64,000 nucleotides of DNA, from positions 8,246,001 to 8,310,000 of the forward strand of contig OZ231126.1 of NCBI GenBank assembly GCA_965153355.1, in the 5' to 3' direction. The notes under the pieces were generated by a model. The model had not been told where the DNA came from. It ran no database searches and was given only the letters and a program-made list of their open reading frames with translations. Origin of the DNA: Flaccisagitta enflata (lineage: Eukaryota). The translations under genes were made by a program, and so were the position numbers. Positions 58,252 through 64,000 of this stretch are shown here, piece by piece. The number at the start of each line of letters is the position of its first letter. Position 1 is the first letter of the stretch.

Positions 58252-58881
58252 AAACATAGTTTAATTATGTCGGGCTTGAAGTTGCTGTCGGGCTTGAAAA
58301 TTGTTTGGAAGTCCCTGAGCTCATGCGTTTTTTGCTCCCCTACACCTATGGCCCATCTCCGCCACTCTCACCCAAATAACGCCCATACCGCCCATACTAC
58401 TTCATCTCCGTCCAACCCAAGGCCAAGTATGAAGTACATCGCATTCAGTTGACGTGGTTAGTGTTTACACCCACCCACCACCACCACCATCCACCACCCA
58501 CCCACCCACCATCCGAATCATCTCCGAGTAAACCTTCCGAATCTCCTCACCGCACAAATACTACCCCTTCCAACCGCCTTATCTTAGTCCTGTGCCCCTT
58601 TCGCCCGTAAATACTACCCCGCCCTACCGCCTGTCCCCCCCCCCTCCGTTCACAACATAAACGCGATCTTTAGCCATCACCTAAACATCTCATTAATGTC
58701 TGGTATGGAGACGGCGAAGGTTTGCTAATAATTTCGAGGAGGAAGAGAAGGAAGAGGAGGAAGAGGAGGAGGAAGAGGCAGTTAACGACGACGACTTCTT
58801 GAACTCTGCTTTCGGTGAAGGATTCATCTATCAGTTATAACACCAGTTGTTCAAGGAGGCAGAGAGAGAGAGAGTTAGAGA

Positions 58882-58983
<102 letters not shown>

Positions 58984-59362
58984 GAGTGACAGATTGCAAA
59001 AGTACAAAAAAAGAAAGAAAAAAAGGAAAGGAATGAAAAGAAATAGGAAAAAGGAAAAAAGAAATATCTGAGAAAGAATTTGCCCGGGTCAAATATCATT
59101 GTGGAAGGTCCTTTTTTTTAACTTTGTCCGGTCAATCTATTAAGCTAAATGATATGCCGGTAAAAAATGTCAACTCTCAGATTTGTCTCGGTTTTTTTCT
59201 CTCAGTATATTTTTTTATGTATATTTCTCTTTGTATATTTCTCTCTGTACAACATCTGTTTAAAGATTATTGGCAAAAATGCAAGCAAAAAATGCATAAA
59301 AAGCTCACCACCAGTTGGCCCAGTTGAAGGAAATTTTAACTAACGTTAGCCTATAGCCTATA

Positions 59363-62300
59363 TAGTCCAGGATTTAAAGAAAAGGACTCGGCGAATTTGG
59401 AGCAAAGCCTGAAAATTTGCATAGGGGTCAGTTTTTCATGCAAAAGAAGACTAGATGGGGTACACGTCTGATTTTTTAGTGTACCCCATAAAAAAAACGT
59501 GTTTTTTTTCCAAAAAAATAACTTTGAAGTTGCACTGACGCCAAACAAATTGATCGATCATTATAAAATTTTATGTGAAAAAAAATATGGTTTTCTTCCT
59601 ACCTGCATGCAAAATTTAAGCAAAATTGGTCATGTAAAAGCGGAGATATTGCTATTTGAAGTTTAGGCCTATTTTTAAAAAAGGGCTATGTTTCAATTTT
59701 GAGGTAAAATTTTGTTTTTTTGAGCAAGAAGTCAGAAATTGGTTTTGAATATTTATTTTACCCCAATTTACTCTAAAAACAAAAGAAATTGAAAAAATTC
59801 CATGTTTTTTTTATATTTTTGCCCTAAAAAACAAAAAATTGAGTTACAGAATTGAGGCTTGATTTCTGAAAAAAGCTAGTTCTTGGAAAATATTGAAATT
59901 ATTGGCGCCCACTTTGGTAAGCAATTGTCATCAAGTGAACCAATGTATTCCCAAACTTTCAGAGGGGTACGTCAACCCAAAAAGACAAAAAATCATTTCA
60001 AAATTTAGACAAAAAAATTCCCAAAATCTTGCATTTTTAGTCGCGTGCACGCGACTCTACACCTTGCTGTGTCGGTCGGTAGGTCGGTAGGTAGGTCGGT
60101 CCGTTGGTCTGTCCCTCACATTTTTAAAATTATGACTTTTCAAGGTTTTTTAAGGTTATTTAAGGTACTCTAGAGTATTTCAGGGTACTTTAGGGTACTT
60201 CAGGGTACTGTAGGGTTCTTAAGTTGTTCTGGGTACTTAGGGTACTATAGGGTACTTCTGGATATATTTTGGTACTTTTGGGTCTTTTTGGGTCTTTTTG
60301 GGTATTTTTGTTTTTTTTTTGGTATTGTATTGTATAGACATCATATTGATACTGTATCGATATTGTATCGACATTGTATCAATACATATCGCGCGGCCTT
60401 GGGGGAAGAAAATCTTTTGTTTGTCATTTCCAGACGCACGTGACTGTTGCCATCCTGGGCTTGTTTGACTTTCTGGGACATATGGTTGTGCTATGGCTTC
60501 AAGCAATTTGTCTAAAATTTTGTATGCAAGTCCCTATATGTAAGAGGCATATCTGAGCCAAATTTCAGCTTACTAATCAAACATTTAATTTTTTTCACAT
60601 ATCAAAGAGGGTAAAAAAATGCTGAATTTTGGTATTTTTGCTGTAGACTTGAAAATTTTTTTTGTCTTTTTGGGTTAGTGTACCCCTCTGAAGTTTTGGA
60701 AATACTATCTTCACAATAGAAATCTTTACACATGTTTTAACTGATATCTCTGGTCATATTAGCCCGATCTTTAAAATTTGTGGCCATTTTGAAGCCCTTC
60801 AAATTTGCAAGCGATCTACGCAAACCGCATATCTCTAACTCAATGCGTTCAAAAGTTATTCAACTTTGAATGAAATATCTTAATTTCTTGTTTACCATTT
60901 TCACACTATCTTCAAATGGTACAATTTTACTCCAAATTGAATTACTTCAATACGCATTGAGCTAGACAGATGCGGTTTGCGTAGACTGCTTGCAAATTTG
61001 AAGAGCTTCATTTATGTCTACAATTTTTCAATGATTTGTTGAATTTTTCTGGAGCTATAAGTCTAAATGTAGCGAAGAAAGGGGATCAAAAAAATGGCGA
61101 GAATGGTCTAGAGGGCCATCACCCCAAAATACCTCAAAAAGCGCTTCAAAACACTTCCCAGGCAAATGGCCGCTGTAATTCAGTCAAATGGGGCTAACAC
61201 TAGATATTGATGGCGCCACAATCGATTAGTATCTATTTTCACATCAATAAATAAACCTATCTTCAAAGTGTAAAGATTTCTATTGTGAAGATAGTAAGTT
61301 GGTTTTCCTTGAACTAGCCCTTTTTGAAGACCACGCCTAAATTTTGAAACTCGATTTTTTGTTTTTTTAAGTAAAAAAAAAAAAAACACCACATTTTATA
61401 AAATTTTTCTGTTAATTAGGTCAATTAGGATAAAATCAATGTCTGAAAGCAATTTAAGACTTTTAGCTTAAAAAAACAAAATTTTCCCCAAAAATTGAAA
61501 CATAGCCCTTTTTTTGAAAATAGGCCTAGACTTAAAACAGCAATATCTCCGCTTCTACCAAACCAATTTTGCTGAGATTTTGCATGCAAGTAGAAAAAAG
61601 CCATATTTTTCTTTTTCTAAAATTTTATAGCGATTGGTCAGTTTTTTTGGCGTCAGTGCAACTTCAAAGTTATTTTTTTGAGAAAAAAACGCATTTTTTG
61701 GGGGGTTACACTAAAAAATCAGACGTGTACCCCATCTAGTCTTCTTCAGCATGAAATACTGACCCCATATGCGAATTTTCAGGCTTTGCTCCAAAGTCGC
61801 CAAGATCTATGCTTTTATTCACAGTGGGCCTTAATTGGATATGAGTTCAAAAAAATCCCCGATAGTAGTGACTTGTATAAGTAGGTAGAACTCATACTGG
61901 AGAATTAATGTTGACTCTTAAAAAAAAATTTCCCTTGAAAATTTTTTCAAATTCATTAAAAAGTATCACTTTTCCCATATATTTAAATATGAATTTTAAG
62001 GATATACCTATTTTAAAATTCTGATTCAAGATTTATATTCCTAGTAGTATTTCCAATCATTTGATAGGTCACACTATATAGTTTTATGAAAAAATAAGAT
62101 TTTCATATTTTGAGCCACCGTTACTTTCTTTGTAACAGTAGCATAGAAAATGAAAATTTTATTTTTTGATAGATATATATAGTGCGACCTATCAAATGAT
62201 TGGAAATTTCATCAGGAATATGAATCTTGAATCAGATATTCAAAACACTTCAATCCTAAAGTTTTATATTAAAAATTTTAAAAATTCAAAAGGTTTTAGT

Positions 62301-62456
62301 CATTTTTGCAAAAATTTTCAAGGGAAATTTTTTTTTGAAAGGTCAACATCACATCTCCACTATAAATTGTACTTAAACCAGTCACTACCACCAGGGATTT
62401 TTTTGAACTCATATCCAATTATGGCCCACTGTGTATTCCTTTTAGAGACTGGACTA
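59363..62456. mobile_element. Mutator/Foldback-like non-autonomous element with ~330-bp TIRs and nested insertions
   Basis: TAGTCCAG...CTGGACTA termini, 10-bp TSD ATAGCCTATA (59353-59362, 62457-62466); 59385-59705 inverted at 61485-61802. Confidence 0.75.
61820..62433. mobile_element. Fold-back MITE (near whole-length palindrome) inserted in the right TIR of the 59363 element
   Basis: cacagtgggccttaattggatatgagttcaaaaaaatccc / gggatttttttgaactcatatccaattatggcccactgtg; inverted similarity continues ~270 bp inward. Confidence 0.8.
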
Positions 62457-62543
62457 ATAGCCTATAGCCTATAGTTCACTACAGTCAACATTTCATCAAA
62501 AGAAGTATGCTATTTATGTATTTTTCATTACCATTTCTTTGTC

Positions 62544-62741
62544 AACAAGGCCAGATACACGGCTACCTTAGTCGCGTGCGGGTGGGCAGGGCCCGTATTT
62601 GAGGTCACTTGATCATTTGGGTAGGAGCAGTGAGGTCAAAGACTGCAAAAAAAAAGTAAAGTGTGACAGACCAATGGATCGACGGATGGACGGACGGATG
62701 GACAAAGCGGGGTGTAGATTCGCGTAGCACGCGACTAAAAA
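62544..62741 (-). mobile_element. HINE-like element, same family, minus strand
   Basis: Reverse complement of the 52809-53028 structure; other copies near 5226-5378(-), 6935-7098(+), 16630-16752(+), 42720-42940(+), 60035-60120(+), 63247-63367(-), 63491-63600(+). Confidence 0.7.
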
Positions 62742-64000
62742 TCTTTAAACGGGTGTTATTTCTCTTAGCATATTTCTATATTACTACTTAACATTCATCG
62801 ATGGTAGTTTAATGAATTATGAATCTTACATTGTTTTTGGATATTCATTGCTGTTCATTTCTGGAATTCTTTTCAAAATTTCTCTCCAGTGTCTGTAGTC
62901 TTGACTTAAGGGTACGGATATCACCAAAATGATAAGTACCAGAGAGCGATTCATGAAGTATGGATATTCTGAAGAAAGTGTTATTCCCTATTGTTTTAAA
63001 AAAACTATTAAACTGCATGAATCTTGGTGTGGAGTCTCAAAATGGAAGCGCTCAGCATTTGTTCTATCATCAAGAGAATATGAGCATGCTTTCAGGTCAA
63101 ACTGACCTACCACCCATCAACCCAATGGGCTAGACGGCTAGTATCGATAAAAGTTGGATAACTAATTTTTCATCAATTTCGTCGAAACTTGGTGTGAAAT
63201 CATTACATAGAAAACATACGTACAACCAATCACCATTATAATGAGCTGGATACACGGCAAACCAGTCGCGAACGGTTGGGCAGAAGCGGTAATGCAAAAA
63301 CCGCTCGCAATTCAAAAATGTTACCAACGGACGGACGGACCGACTATGCAAGGTATAGAGTCGCGTATAAATATAACTTTGTTAATTTTCAATTTAGTTC
63401 CAACCTTGTATTAAGGACATAATGTTCTGTTGTCTTGGTCCGTCCGACGTTCAATCAGTTTTTCACTCCGTCCATCCGTCACACTTGAACTTTTTAGTCG
63501 CGTGCTACGCGACTCTACACCCCGCTATGTCGGTCCGTCGGTCGGTTGGTCGGTTGGTCGGTCGGTCGGTCGGTCGGTCGGTCGGTTGGTCGGTCCTCTT
63601 TTTGGGCAGCGGCCCCGAAGGGGTCGGTGACCTATGCTTTCACACATATGGGGAATTTTCTCTTTCTTCTCCTCCTCCACCTCCTTCTTCTTCTTCTCCG
63701 CCCCCACTCAAATCCAAGTCTTGTTCATCAGTCCATCTTTCTGTCTACCCCCACCCACCGATCAGGCCTCTCAAGCCTGAAATATGTCCTCTCAGGCCTG
63801 ACATTTGCCCTCTCAGGCTGGAAATCTGCCCTCTCAGACCTGGAACATATCCTCTCAGGTCTGAAATATGCCCTCTTAAGCCTGAAATCTACTCTCTCAG
63901 GCTTTGATTCTTTCCTCCCAACCCTCTTCATTTCAGCTCTCTTGGGCCTGAAATCAGCCCTCAGGCCTCTAATAGACCCTCTTCTGACGTCAAACTGCCC

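Overview
Eukaryotic (animal, probably protostome invertebrate) genomic DNA, very rich in microsatellites and small non-autonomous DNA transposons. Almost every entry in the ORF track is a microsatellite artefact. The one supportable gene is a + strand A-clade-like fibrillar procollagen alpha chain. I assembled it by hand from 23 GT-AG exons between 14419 and the TGA ending at 45299 (4631 nt, about 1542 codons, frame intact across every junction); the signal-peptide exon was not found. Domain order: VWC, acidic Gly/Ser-rich linker exons, minor helix, N-telopeptide, 337-triplet (1011 aa) major helix with one Gly->Ala imperfection at helix position 598, C-telopeptide, and a COLFI C-propeptide with only 6 Cys. 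The most striking unexplained signal is a near-perfect, centrally bulged complement to miR-29b-type microRNA in the putative 3' UTR (47350-47370), shaped like a target-directed miRNA degradation trigger. Other points of note: three phase-1 introns inside helix Gly codons, a last exon whose acceptor has (CA)n in place of an adjacent pyrimidine tract, and nested MITE/hAT/HINE-like elements, several with readable target-site duplications. All family assignments come from reading the sequence and recalled knowledge, not database searches.
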